DNA of 56,828 bases, the filler included, from Bipalium vagum (Eukaryota): assembly GCA_037834085.1 (NCBI GenBank). It is 3 parts of 3 records of this genome, joined end to end, with 100 filler letters (N's around TTAATTAATTAA, not from the genome) between each part and the next. Parts side by side here need not be neighbours in the genome. Positions count along the whole stretch, not along the records: positions 1 to 22,065 come from JBBMKC010225664.1; positions 22,166 to 40,910 come from JBBMKC010020444.1; 1 more part is not named here. One strand, written 5' to 3'. A program made the translations under genes and the position numbers. Within the stretch, counting starts at the first letter, position 1, and every line of letters begins with the position of its first letter. The notes beneath the pieces were generated by a model. It was not told the DNA's origin. It made no database searches and saw only the letters and a program-made list of their open reading frames with translations. Shown piece after piece: positions 13,201 through 25,804 of this stretch.

Positions 13201-16200
13201 ATTTTTTGAGTTTATGAAATATAAATTCCTTTGCTACAACAAAAAGAATGATTTTTAAAATAAAACGAAATAACTGATATATAAATATGAGTGATTTAAA
13301 GTGAATTCAATCAATTAATATTAACAGACAGATTCATAAAAATTGATTAATTCTTGAAAGATTACTTAAAATAGTAAATTTAAATTTTTTAAAATAAAAA
13401 AGTTTTAAAAAATTATTTATGAATTCCAATTTGGTTTTCGTTGAACATAGAAGATGTAAGATTATTTCCACATTTTTAAATAATTTTTAAAATTATAAAT
13501 TATCTTTACCATTTCATATTATTTTTAGAATTTGATCAACACTGAGTATTTAACCTGATTTCTAATTTTTAAATTTTTATATTTTGCATAATTTAAATTT
13601 TTAATTAATTGTAAATTTAATTTTAATATGAATTTTAAAATAATTTTTATTTTAATTTTTAATGGCACAATATATAAATTTATTAAGAATGGAAAATTTG
13701 TTTAAGTATTATTTTTTAAAAAAGCCTTTTCAAAAATATATTGTTCAAAATGACAGACTTTGTTGATATCGCAGCTAACAAACACAATTCAATAATTTCC
13801 TTAAAAACCTAATTTCAATAAAATGGATAAAAACAAATTTTCAAAAAAATTCTTTGTAGGATATTTAAAATTTTTTAACTTAATGCAACTTAAATTGATA
13901 GTTATTGACTGAAGAATAACATTGAAAATATATTTATTTTTAGTTGGTGCTTGAAGAGTAGATAATTGGTGGGTTGTTTATTCAAATTCACTATTAAATG
14001 GAACTTTCATTGAAATTATTTTAAAGTTAAAATGAACTTAATTTCATAAAATTTTATTTTAGTTATTTTTGATTCCTAATAACATTTTGAATTTATTTGA
14101 ACCTAAGTAATTCTGAAATTTCAATACATTTTAATTAGCGGAGAAAAGAAAAAATTCTTAAACCGTAAATTATAATTAAAAATTTGCACTTAATTTATTA
14201 AATATACAAGAATGTCACAATTTATATAATTGATATTGATGAAATATGGCAGGAACAAATCACGAGCTATGAGTACTTAGAGCAGAAAAGTCTGTAGTCA
14301 GAATGTTATGAAGATTTTCGGAATTTATTCAATTAATACATTTATTTTGATGTACTATAAATATATATATATACCAAATGAACTTTTTAAAACCAGTTGT
14401 TTATTTCAATATTTAAACTATTATTATCAGACTATAAAAAATATTCAATGACAATATTTGTTGCCAGATTGTTTAATTCTAAAAAGTAAAAATCATAATG
14501 AAACCAAATTAAATTCGAAATTTTCTCGTCCAAATCATTTCTAAGAGATAAAGAAAAATATTTTCCAAATCAAACTTTGTGTCTAAAAACAACATGATTC
14601 ACCCTTTCCTCTCATTTTACTCATTTTTCTACTTCTACTGCCTTTTTCAAATAAATAGTTCATAATTAAATTTAATTTGAAACTGATTTTAATGTTTAAA
14701 GTTTATTTTTCCATAATATTTTCTTTTTTGTAGTTTTTAAAACAATCTTGTAATTGATGAAACTATAAAAATGAAAATGAATCGACTACAGAAAACCATT
14801 ACGAGACACCCGTCATGTAATTTAATAAAATTTTACTCAGTTGCACTGTTTATTTATCAAAAATCAAACAAAAAATATAAATTATTTTTTATTGTATTAA
14901 ATAAATACAATTTATATTAATAAAATGATAATGATTGCAAAATGGATTGTGTGAAAATAGTTAAAATTTAATATCAATTAATTGAAATTATAAAACCGAT
15001 AATAGATAATACTCATAATTAGATTACATGGTGAATTTTTGCTTATTAATTATTTCTTTTATCAAATAAACAGAAGGGACTTGTCATTTTCAGAAAAATA
15101 TTATTTGCAGATAAAATGAATGACATTATCATCTCGATTTCAAAGTTGAGAAAAGCAAATTTTACATCATAGATTTCTGTAAATACTATTTGGAAAAGAT
15201 ACTCTTTTTATAATGAAAATAATAACATTTTTAAAGAAATTTCCTTTTTTAAAACTAAAATAATATTTCTTTAAAGAAAAACTGTATGTCATTTTCATTT
15301 AATATCCATTTTAATAGATAAAAAATAAAGAAAAAATAAGAGAAAATCAATAATTTTTTATATATTAATAAAGTTTAAAAATTTAACTTAAAATTTTGAA
15401 AACCGATATATTATGAATTTTACCCATGATGAATAGATTCTAATATATGAGCAAACAACTACTGATTTCAAACTTGAGATAAATCAAAAATTTTTGAAAT
15501 AAATTCCATAATTACTGATCATTTATATTGGAAACCTAAATAAAACATTTTATTTTACAATATAATTTAAAATATATATCAATAAAGAAATATAACTTTA
15601 AAATTATAAAATATCAAACTTTAACTTTAGATGGTTTTTAATAATTTGAGTAAATATAAAAATCGAGTTATTAATTACAAGATTTTTCAACACAAATCTT
15701 TAAAATTTTGATTAATTAAATCTAAGTGATTAAAGTGTAATTTAAAAAATTACTATCAATTATAAACAAAATATTTAAATAAATTAAACACAAGTTTTAC
15801 TAAAAGAAGCCGAATAACATAAATTATGTACATCCATTTTTTCTACTAAAGTACATTCAACGATTTAAGTGAACTTTTAATGTTTTTATATTATGAAAAT
15901 AATGAACATATTTTGGAGAAAAGCATAGGGACATAAAATTAAATATGAAATACCAATGTATTTTAGAAAATTTTAAATTCTCATCTTCAATATGTATAAT
16001 GTTAACGTATTGATGTAATAAATGATACTATTTAAGAAAAAATACTATCATCAGAATTTTTAAAATTTTTATTGATTTCTTTAGAATTTTATTAAAAAAT
16101 TTTTTTTGTAAAAAGCTATTTTTGATTTAATGAAATTTCTTTCCCGGAAGATATCTTCAATTTTTTCGACTAAAGGCACATCGATATGAGTTACAATTCC

Positions 16201-17323
16201 AAGAAATTTATCCAAACGAACTGACATCAACTATTTATAAATCGTGAGAAAGAGAATTAAAAAAAGGAAGTTGTGTGTTTCTAATAAAAATCAAATAATT
16301 TAAGCTGAGAATAATTGATGTGAATGATCTATAAAATCTTATTATTTCGTCACAGATAATATTAAAGTTTATCAACAAGTATTTGTCCATTAATATGGGT
16401 TTTCTTAAATAAAAGTTATTTTGCCAAAATAATGCTGTCAGTTATGAATTGAAAGACACATTTTATTTAAAATGACTTAAAATTATTATTAAATTATTGG
16501 ATACTATTTTTAGAAATTTTCAAAATAAGGATTTTAGTTGAATATTTTACTTAATTAAGTGTATAAAAATAGTAACCATAAGCTTTAATTTAATAAGATG
16601 AAGTCTATTAAGTAAAATTCCCACTTCACAAATTTGACAGTCAAATTTTGACAATACTTATTCAATTTATCTCCAAATTTTTGTTTATAGAATATATTGA
16701 ATGTAACAATCGCTGAGACAAAGATATATTGTCCTTTTTTAACATTTATTAACTTAATTGTTTTTAAAGTTGAAAAACTTTTATCGTATTAAACCATTTT
16801 TTATAACTTTAGGTTAGATAAGTTATTAATAGTAGGAAAAAATCATTTAATAATTCCAAACTTAGCAACTCAATTCTGATTCGCAATTTAAAATGTTTTT
16901 AATATTTGAATTTGATCACTTCATATATTTGATAAGACTTTAAAAAACTAGATTAAATTAAAAATTAATTAGTAGCATTATTATAATGTTAAATATTTTA
17001 ATATAATCCGCGTCTTAAAATTTTTTTCAATTTACTAAATCTTTTTTAATACCATTAAATAAAGTTTAAAATTTATAAAAATTTGCTATTTCTTTTAATA
17101 TTAAAATTACCTGTCTTTGAATCAGTTTTACTAAGCATGCAATATCGTTGTTTCCACTGTAAAGATTATGTAATAAAAATTAAAATTTATCAAAGAGATT
17201 TATTTAAAAATATTATAACTAAAAAACAAAAAATATCCCATGATCTATAAAACCACACGTAACCTTTTTCCCATCTCTATATCTCACATTATCTTCAAGA
17301 ACTGTAACTGGCCTAGGCATCAT
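1215..17323 (-). CDS. DOK7: DOK7-like PH-PTB adaptor, about 423 aa; exons 17323-17264, 17156-17111, 10815-10570, 8688-8440, 7390-7381, 7331-7225, 7157-7089, 1852-1646, 1596-1360, 1255-1215
   Basis: All introns are GT-AG and phase-compatible (1272 nt = 424 codons). N-terminus MMPRPVTVLEDNVRYRDGKK|WKQRYCMLSK matches DOK7 VEGQVKLRDGKKWKSRWLVL. ITGFEYG..MALIGQNVVYCIAFSQNETMFRW matches the DOK7 PH domain (ICGLEPG..LAIVCLSQAIMLGFDSHEAMCAW). FHVTL..GNLHVQ..CEWPIESI matches the PTB. Exons 1-4 are firm; the 7225 donor and the last exon are less certain. Confidence 0.85.
4380..5100 (+). mobile_element. Mariner transposase fossil in DOK7 intron
   Basis: FIITGDEKCC (TGDEKW motif), LWWNVDAFVYFE, EVLQHPV*.DLALSDFYLF (PHPPYSPDLAPSDFYLF); disrupted. 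Confidence 0.85.
6500..7075 (-). mobile_element. pogo/Tigger-type DDE transposase fossil
   Basis: Minus-strand remnant HVLLMDNST followed by a degenerate FLP..T..LQP.DQGII-like stretch; heavily decayed. Confidence 0.45.
8970..9640 (+). mobile_element. Mariner transposase fossil
   Basis: FLKNITEDEK*IIYDNHVRK and VFHHDTTR (HDNARP) remnants. Confidence 0.75.
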
Positions 17324-18029
17324 AAAATTTTAAGATAATATCCAAAGCATTTGATTTAATATGGCGATTAATCACATGTCAACCTTGAATACATTTTACA
17401 CAATAAATAAACAAAATTGAGATTTCGAAATATAAAAATAATTAAAAATTAAATTACAACATTGTAGAATAAGTCTGATTTCAATGCAATTATAAGTTTA
17501 AATTAATTTATTTTTCATATTAATATTAGAATTGCTGAAGTTAACCTATTAAATTAATTTTATAAAAATGGTTTACGATATCCAATCGTTTTATCAATAA
17601 AACTCAAACTTAAATAGTTACTCAAAATAATATTAAAAAAGTGACCATTATAAAGTAGATTTTAACTTTATTTTTAAACTAAACTTATCACTCTAAATCT
17701 AAGGATATTAGCCTATATAAGCAACAATAAGTTTACTAAATATTATGGCAAGTAAATGCTAATAAAGTCAAAGCACATGTATACAATTTTCGGTCACCGT
17801 AGGTCCCCCTATCGTGATTTATAAGGTTAAAGCACGGGTAAAATTTTTAGTTATGTTAAAAGAAAACTTTTAGGCTATAAAGTTAAAATACGCTTTAAAA
17901 ATGTTTAAATAATATTAGATAATAAATTAAATCAAATTTAAGTTTATATAAGTAAATTTAATTTTAGTTTGTAAGTAATTTTAATTTAAGTAATTGTAAT
18001 TTCCATCAATTCCAAAGATAGCAGCGAGT

Positions 18030-18232
18030 CAATCATGCAAAGTCCACAGGATCGTTATTGATTACCCGACAGAATTTGCTTTGCTTCAATTATGTCAGCC
18101 AACATCATGCCCAGTAGAGAGAAGCTTTTCTATTGTTAAACATATAGTTCGCAAAGATCGGAATTTTTTTCCAGTTCAATGGCACATGTACTTGCTGTGC
18201 AGCACATCAAATCATACGAAGATGTCCAAAAT
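18030..18232 (+). mobile_element. Mariner C-terminal fragment
   Basis: SSMAHVLAVQHIKSYEDVQN resembles the Mos1 C-terminus SMGHALAEQRFDSYESV. Confidence 0.7.
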
Positions 18233-20599
18233 ATTGCCTTTTCAATGATTTAAAACAAAAGAATATAACTAACTCGGCAAAAAAACATACTTGATACGAT
18301 TGACAGGTCAAAAAAGAGACTTTAAACGAATCACAAAAAATAACAAAAGCAAATTTATTAAATAAAAAATTGATTCGCATTTTCTCGATTGAATATTTTA
18401 GCGCTACATTATTTATTCATTTAGATATAATTCAAAGAGATCACCATAGTTTTCCCACAAATCGATTCAATTTGTGAGTGAGAACCAGTCTCTCTGTCAA
18501 CAAAATTTATTTTGTGGTTGACAGTTTGAAGAATATAAATTTCATCTTTAAACAGTTGAGAACATGTGATCTCCCATTTTTATTGAATTTTTCAAGATAA
18601 AATCTCACATTTCTTCCTCATTTCTGCATAGAAATTAATAACGACAGATTTTGAAACTGACTTTTATGATCTTCCTAGAGCCTCTCACTTCTATCTTCAC
18701 AGCTATGACCCAGAACGTAAACAAATTATCTTTATTTTTATCCTTTATTCATTTTTCTATATTTTTATAAAATCGTAAGAACAATAAAGGGTCAATAAGT
18801 AACCCTCAATGAATGAATCAAGGAATTGAATCCTGACTCATTTGCTCATCTATAAGGCAATATCCCTGAGGTCGAAAAGGGATATAACAGTAAAATGTTT
18901 TTTGTACATGTGGTATTTTCGGAATAATTACGGAAGAAAATGAATAAAGAATTTGTAAATATTTAATCATAAATTTAAAAATAAGTAAATACCATATTAT
19001 GAGTCTAAAAAATTATAAATATCATGATAAAGATTATCAGGTCAAATACTATTGGTTCAGACCCTTATATAAAGCCCCAATATTATTGAAGACAATTAGT
19101 AACAGTTTATCAATTTAGAACTTCACCAGTTAATAAAATAGAAACTAATATTTTTAATTCTTTAAACTATATAATAGAACTATAGAAAAGTACCATAACA
19201 AACACCCATGCACCCTATAAGTTTTTAGAACAATTCTTTTCCGTTATGTAGAAATTATGCAATAGTAAATCAATTATTTTCAAAATTAGAAAATATTTTA
19301 CAGTCAGAATAAATCTTAAGTATTGAAGATGTTACTTTAATTTTTGTTTGTACCAACACTACTTGGAAGAGAAAGAAACTCGTAATTATGGCGGTAATAA
19401 TTCAACAAATTTATTATTATAAAATTTTGTAAGAAAATTTTAATTCAAGATAAACTTTTGTTTGGTTAGATCAATAATAACTTCTTTAACTTATGATAAT
19501 TTTACAAATAAAAACTATTTTAAATCGGAGAAAAATAATAAGATATATTAGAACAGTTGATGCAATTGAAGAAGACTATGCTTTAAAATTATATATAGAT
19601 CAAATAGAATTTAAAGAAACTGGGAATAACATTTATGATTTTCAAGTTGATTTTTAAATCAAAACAAAACTGAAAATAAAATTTGAAATTCCAAGAAACT
19701 TAATCGAGGATCATTATTAAAATATTTATATGCTTTTACATTATTTGAATAATTTCTATTGTTCTTTCTTTTTTCAAAGTGAATTGAATTTAAAGGACAA
19801 TATGAAGTACCCACCTGTACTTTTATAAATTTTATCTTATCTTAAATAATCATATTATTTTTTATTAAAATTAAAATTTAATTCTCTAAAATCTATAAAT
19901 ATAGAAATAGGTTTATTTGGTACATTATATAGCTAAAATGTAATGTTCTCTGTAATGATAAGGATTTCTTTCTCAACAGAGTATTGATAAAAATTTTATA
20001 TTTATAGGTTTTTCATTTTTAATTTTTTTACTAATTTTATTTCACCATCAAAACAAGGATTATTACAATTTAAATTTCTTTAACTCAAACTTGTTTCAAG
20101 TGAACAGTAAAACTAATTTCTTCTCCATTAAAATTTATAAATTCATTTTTATTATCAAATATCTTAAATTTATTTTATTAAGAAAATGATGGAGAATTTC
20201 ATTATATTAAATAATCAATTAATTATTGTATATTTCGATCATTTAAAATTTTCATCTTTTCTGTATACTCATTTAAAGGTCCTTTTTCTATTCTTTTTAT
20301 ATTTTCAATATTATTTCATTTTTAAAAAATATTTTTCTTACATCTTGTAATATTTTTTTTGCATTATTTACTTAAAATTTTATTTTCTAAATCGCTTATT
20401 TGAAGTATATAAAGCTTATTAATTGAATGCTCAATACGTTCATAATTTTCTCTTTGATCTATTATTTCGATTAATTATTTTAGAAAACATGCATTTAAAA
20501 CAGTAAAAATTGCAGAATTTTGGAATTATCTTGTTATGAGAAGTGATTCAGTTTAAATTTATTCTAACTCGATTACTCTATCCTATAAAACTTAACCTA

Positions 20600-21000
20600 T
20601 ATTTCTTAACTTCTAATTTCAGAGAACATTTTTGCTTATTTAATCAAACCCGGACAGAATTACTTTCATGTATTCTGTATCTCATCTTCGAATAAAATAG
20701 AAATTCAGGTCGAACTACAAGCAACAAAGTACTTTTTCATCCCCCAATGGCTCACAATCAGTTTTACTTTTCATATACTTTGTTAATGATTTTTAAGCAA
20801 ACACTTATCCGTATAACCAATCTGGACTGTTTCTGAATATTTGTATAGTTCACATTTATCATTTTTTATTAATTCCTTTACGAATTTCAGTAAGTAGAGC
20901 CATTCTTAGATTAATATATGAATGTCGATAAATAATTTCAATTTCTCATTTAAGTCTAGGAAAGGCAGTAATTATAAATACACTGTTATAGACTAAGTTA
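20600..21000 (-). mobile_element. Possible Gypsy pol/integrase fragment
   Basis: IVSHWGMKK resembles the integrase zinc-binding H..GH.G..K segment; very degraded. Confidence 0.3.
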
Positions 21001-21574
21001 TTTTTGTGTTTATACAGTTTATTTCAATTAATTTGAGAATGTATTTGGAAGGTAATTACTACGTACGATTTTAAATCATTGTCATATTTTTCAAATTCAA
21101 ATAAAATCTTAATATATCAATTAAATTTTATAAATTCCTATTATTTCCACATTTTTTTCCACAATGAGTTTCAAATCTTTGAATTCTATTTTATTTTATT
21201 TTAGAATAAAAATTAAATAATTATAAAAATATTTTTATCATTAAATTTGCATATTACAAAACTAAATTAGATTTATCAAATATTATTTTCTTTTTATGAA
21301 CAATTATTTTATTTTTTAATGTTTTAAGCTAATCTTAAGATAACATATGTTGCAAACTTAAAGAAATGTATGGATAGTCATACATTAATTAAGAACATGT
21401 AAGTAGTAGTAAAATTTAAATGATACGAAAATCGAAATTTTTTAATGAGGAATACAATAAAAAATATGGGAAAATTATAAATCGTAATCTACTATAAAAT
21501 TTTCAATAATTTATTATTGAATGTCTACATAAATTCACATTCTACGTTAATACATTTTTTTACATTTAATAAAA

Positions 21575-21937
21575 TTATTGTAATTTTTGTTCGATAATTA
21601 GACAATTGGCATTGAAATCAACAGCTTTAGATTTTAATAATGATTCCTGTTGAGATAAGATATCAGTCACAATTTGAGCTTGTTTTAGGATATTCAAGAG
21701 ATTTTCGTTGCGATCTCTTTCCAAAGCCAGGTTTGTCAATAAGTCTTCATATTTTAGTTTGGCTATTCTTAACTCACAAAATGCACGTGTATTTTTTATT
21801 TTAGCTTGTATAAATAATTGAAACTTTGATAAAATACTGTCATTATTGGAATTGGAATTTAGGGGGAGTGACTTTGTAAATAAAAATTCTCCAGAATTGA
21901 TTGAATTAGAATCTTTTTTTGATAGAAGTGAAGTATA
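21575..21937 (-). CDS. Terminal coding exon of an unidentified helical/coiled-coil protein
   Basis: TTTTAG acceptor then 120 open codons (YTSLLSKKDSNSINSGEFLF...ELRIAKLKYEDLLTNLALERDRNENLLNILKQAQIVTDILSQQESLLKSKAVDFNANCLIIEQKLQ*), unlikely by chance in such AT-rich DNA. Upstream exons are not resolved because a gap follows. Confidence 0.6.
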   Translation of the reverse strand, partial: YTSLLSKKDSNSINSGEFLFTKSLPLNSNSNNDSILSKFQLFIQAKIKNTRAFCELRIAKLKYEDLLTNLALERDRNENLLNILKQAQIVTDILSQQESLLKSKAVDFNANCLIIEQKLQ

Positions 21938-22065
21938 CTAAAATATTTTAAATTTATTTTATACATTAAAAATCTATATATCTATATTCAATTTTCATTT
22001 CCAACAGAATTTAAATTTCAGAATAATGGTATTAATAACCAATAATAATATTACTAATGATCGAT

Positions 22066-22165
22066 NNNNNNNNNNNNNNNNNNNNNNNNNNNNNNNNNNN
22101 NNNNNNNNNTTAATTAATTAANNNNNNNNNNNNNNNNNNNNNNNNNNNNNNNNNNNNNNNNNNNN
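22066..22165. other. Assembly gap with artificial six-frame-stop linker (44N-TTAATTAATTAA-44N)
   Basis: An identical 100-nt construct occurs at 40911-41010. Confidence 0.95.
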
Positions 22166-22217
22166 TCAAAGTTTAATTTGTATATATATGATGTGCGGCC
22201 AACCATTTGTTTCACAC

Positions 22218-22279
22218 AGGTTCGTTATATCGAGATCTTCGTATTATCGGAGTTCGTTATATCGAGACTCAACTGTATA
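22218..22279 (-). mobile_element. Tigger/pogo-type terminal inverted repeat (MITE end)
   Basis: Minus strand reads TA-CAGTTGAGTCTCGATATAACGAAC, with a subterminal repeat of TTCGTTATATCGAGA. Confidence 0.6.
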
Positions 22280-22759
22280 TATATATGGGAAAGTCATAGT
22301 TTCTAAACATAATTACGTAGAAATCAGACTTCTCAATATTCTATTCGAATAGTAGAACCCATCAACATTATCAAATTATTATAAAAGGAGATAACGTAAA
22401 ATAAAGGAAGAAACTTAACAGAGAAATTCAACAGTCAAACCGCAGATCAGATTGCAAACCTTTTCTTATTTTTATGCTTTTAAGTAAATCTTTAATTCAA
22501 ACTTCTTAGATCATATATACATTAATTAAAGGAATTTGTTTTATAATTAAGTAAGTATGGCGATGAGTTAAATTGTTTTTCTTCTTCGAGGACCTCTGAG
22601 CCTAAGAGTGAGAGGATTTTTACACCCAAAAATTAAAAGCCTCAAGTTAAAAATCCACCAAGGACGATATTCCCCAACTTTTCTAAAAACCCCTAATTTT
22701 TAGTAAAAATATAATTTTTGAAAATTTGAATTTAAATTTATCATTTGCATTTGATTTTA

Positions 22760-23227
22760 TAATGAAAGCAACCTTTGTCGTTAAGTTCTAATGATCATCA
22801 TTCTTAGCTCCATCTTTTATAAATTAGGAACTTAACAAATATATTACAGCAATATTCTTGAAAAGTGTTTTTTTAATAATACAAGACATTCGAAAGGAAT
22901 CATTAAATATTCATTCTTGATGAAATGCCAACTTATCTTAACCTGTGCTGAAAGAAGTTTTTCCATGCTAAATAAGGTTTTAGCTAAAAATAAAAAATTT
23001 GCTGCTGATAAAAAATATTATACTATTGTTATGTTTAATAAATTACAATTATTTTTATTATATCATTTTGTATTGTTCTAAAAAGAAATTACAAAATACA
23101 AATAATCAAATATATCTGATAAAACAAATGCTAATTACGATGCTCAGTCAAAAAAGAGCCTTAAAACACATTTTATTTTAAAAAATAATTCACATTTGAA
23201 CGTTAATGTTGCTTTTCAACATAGTCC
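22760..23227 (+). mobile_element. 3' end of CGGBP1/DUF659-like hAT element
   Basis: CAERSFSMLNKVLAKNKKF matches the dimerisation-domain end of the 30.1-31.3 kb copy (DVERSFSMLINMLPNKRNF). Confidence 0.7.
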
Positions 23228-23589
23228 CCTCCACCTTCAATGCGCATACGCCATTATTATACGGTTTTGATATATTATACGGTTTTGATTATATTATACG
23301 GTTTTGATTCTGTAGCCTATTATCTTATTCGTTTCGAAATCGTGCGCCTTTGAATTATTGCAGATGTATAGATACAGTTTGATGAAATGCCATTATGTGT
23401 AAAATGATTATTCGGATATAAATGGACTATGTTGAAAAGCAACATTAACGTTCAAATGTGAATTATTTTTTTAAAATAAAATGTGTTTTAAGGCTCTTTT
23501 TTGACTGAGCATCGTAATTAGCATTTGATTTATCATATATATTTGATTATTTGTATTTTGTAATTACTTTTTAGAACAATACAAAATGA
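23063..23589. repeat. Inverted repeat with about 165-bp arms (23063-23227 / 23424-23589); loop holds three copies of an about 19-bp tandem unit (TATTATACGGTTTTGAT core)
   Basis: Arms are near-perfect reverse complements, e.g. CTAATTACGATGCTCAGTCAAAAAAGAGCC and GGCTCTTTTTTGACTGAGCATCGTAATTAG. Confidence 0.95.
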
Positions 23590-23760
23590 CAATACAATAC
23601 ACTTAACTTAACTAACTTAAATAAATAATCAAAATCTTCTTTTTCAATAAAATGTAATTACATATCTAAATGATTTTGAATTTTATTTCTTTTTAAAAAT
23701 ATTTAAATAATCTCTTACACTTCTAAAGGTAAATAAAAAAGATTGATATAAATATATTAC

Positions 23761-23945
23761 AGAATATTTATTATGTCTTCCTTCTGAAAAATACATTTCC
23801 ATAATATTTTGATTTGTTCATTTATAACATCATCAGAAATAATTATTTTTCTTGTTTTTTCTAATTTATTTGAGGGTTGAATTTCTTTTCTTATATCAGA
23901 TAAAAACGTAATTAATTTTTTCTTTAACTTCATATTCTTTTTCTT
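23761..23945 (-). CDS. Possible internal exon of unknown gene (may belong with 21575-21937)
   Basis: About 60 open codons (KLITFLSDIRKEIQPSNKLEK...QIKILWKCIFQKEDIINIL) ending at a GTAATA donor; acceptor unclear. Confidence 0.3.
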
Positions 23946-25729
23946 GAGATGTTATTTCCTTTTTCTTTCTAGACATTTCATAAAAATCTTTAGTTTACCG
24001 AAAATTGAAAAAATTAGAATATATTGAAAATCAGGTTGTAAATAACTGTTTTAGAAAATAAATTTAAATTATTTTAATCAATATAGTTTGGAGTTAATAA
24101 CATTTTATATAATAATTCTGTTTTTCCAAAACCGCTTGGACCTATTATTAACATTCTAAAATTAAAGGTAAACTTTTATGATGAATTATTTTATTATTTG
24201 TATTATCTAAAATCTCAGAACAAAATTCATTCATTTACTTAATAAAATATTTTAATATTTCAAATAGAATTTTTTAAGTGATTCAAATAGAGTAAATCCA
24301 GTATATAAACCACGGTATGTCTTACAAAAATATAATTTATAAAATAAAATTTGATTGCGGTCTATCTATAAGTGCGACCTATCTAGAGTTTTAATATAAA
24401 TTTTAAACAAAGCAAAATATGTAATTTATCATAAAAAACTAGCTATTACACATTAATCAAATAAGATATGTAAAATAATAGAAATAAAGTTTATTTAAAA
24501 CCATTAAATTTCTCTTCTGTTGATCCACTAAATTAATGGTGGCTGTTTTCTCCGAATTTAATCTTTGGGTAATCAACAGTGCTTTTTTTCTTATTAAAGC
24601 AACTGATATCTGCATTCCTTTTTTCTTTTCATTAATAATCTATGTTTTTAAACGTGATTCTAATTCTAACCAAATAGAATATTAATACATTTCTATGTCT
24701 TCTTGAAAAACTATGAATTTTGAAGGAGTAATAATTCTTTGACTTTTCTCCAATTTCATTTCGTCAGATTCATAAAAACTGGAAACCGGACTGTTACCGT
24801 GCTCTTCTGTATACTTTATAATAGTGATTGAACTCAGCTTAAGAAAATTCAATGCAAACCTCATAGATAACAATGAGAAGACGCCGGAAAAGAAACAATG
24901 AACAGTACGTGGCAAAGACAATTATATTATTATATGTGCAGGTATAAAAATAGTATAATAATGTATATGCATGTATATTTGGTGATTTAATATATATATA
25001 ATAATATTTAATTAAGATTAAAAAATAGAATCTTTTTTTAATAAAATTAAAAAACAAAAAGCACTTAAGTGCCAAAGAAAAATTCTAAAATCTTATACAA
25101 TTTTAAATAAAATAAATTTTATAATTTAAATAAAATAAATATATAAAATAAAAAAAATTAAATAATTTACTATAAAGAATGAATACTTTCTAAAAATAAG
25201 TATAATTTAAATTTACTAAAAATATGAAATATTACCTTATTATATTAAATACTATAAAGAATTAGTAAAATTTAGACATTTTATAAAAGCCAATTAGAAG
25301 GCTTAAAAGCTTAAAAGCTTAAAAGGATGATATAAGTCCCTTTTTCAGCAGAAAATGACACAAAAAATTAATTACGAATCAAAGCAGACATTTGCTGAAA
25401 ATAAAATCAAAACAAATTCAGAGGTAATAATTTAAACCCAATAATTAAACGTAAAAGACGAATTATCACTATAGAATTGAATTCGTCTAATTAAATAACT
25501 AATTCTATAATTAAAGCGTAGTCTTTACATTATTGCTTCTTAATAAAAATTTTCCAATTTCTTTTCTGTTGTTTTTCTGCAACGCTACTCTACGAATCAC
25601 TAGGGTTTAGAGTACGATTTTCTAAACACAGAACCTCTTCGATTTTTCCTAATTAAGAAGGTATAAATTTAAAAAAAAAGTATTTAATTACAAATATTAA
25701 AAGAATTCTACTTGTAAAAAGTGTTGAGT

Positions 25730-25730
25730 T

Positions 25731-25763
<33 letters not shown>

Positions 25764-25795
25764 GTAATAGTAATAATGATTATAATAGTAACAGT
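25730..25795. repeat. (AAT)n microsatellite
   Basis: Direct observation. Confidence 0.9.
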
Positions 25796-25804
25796 ATTTA
25801 TTTT

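Noticed and set aside
22110-22121. Palindromic TTAATTAATTAA inside N runs (also 40955-40966)
   Set aside because: Identical 44N-12-44N construct with stops in all six frames; a scaffolding linker, not biology.
23253-23310. About 19-bp repeats as a CRISPR-like array
   Set aside because: Units are adjacent with no unique spacers; eukaryotic context, no cas genes.
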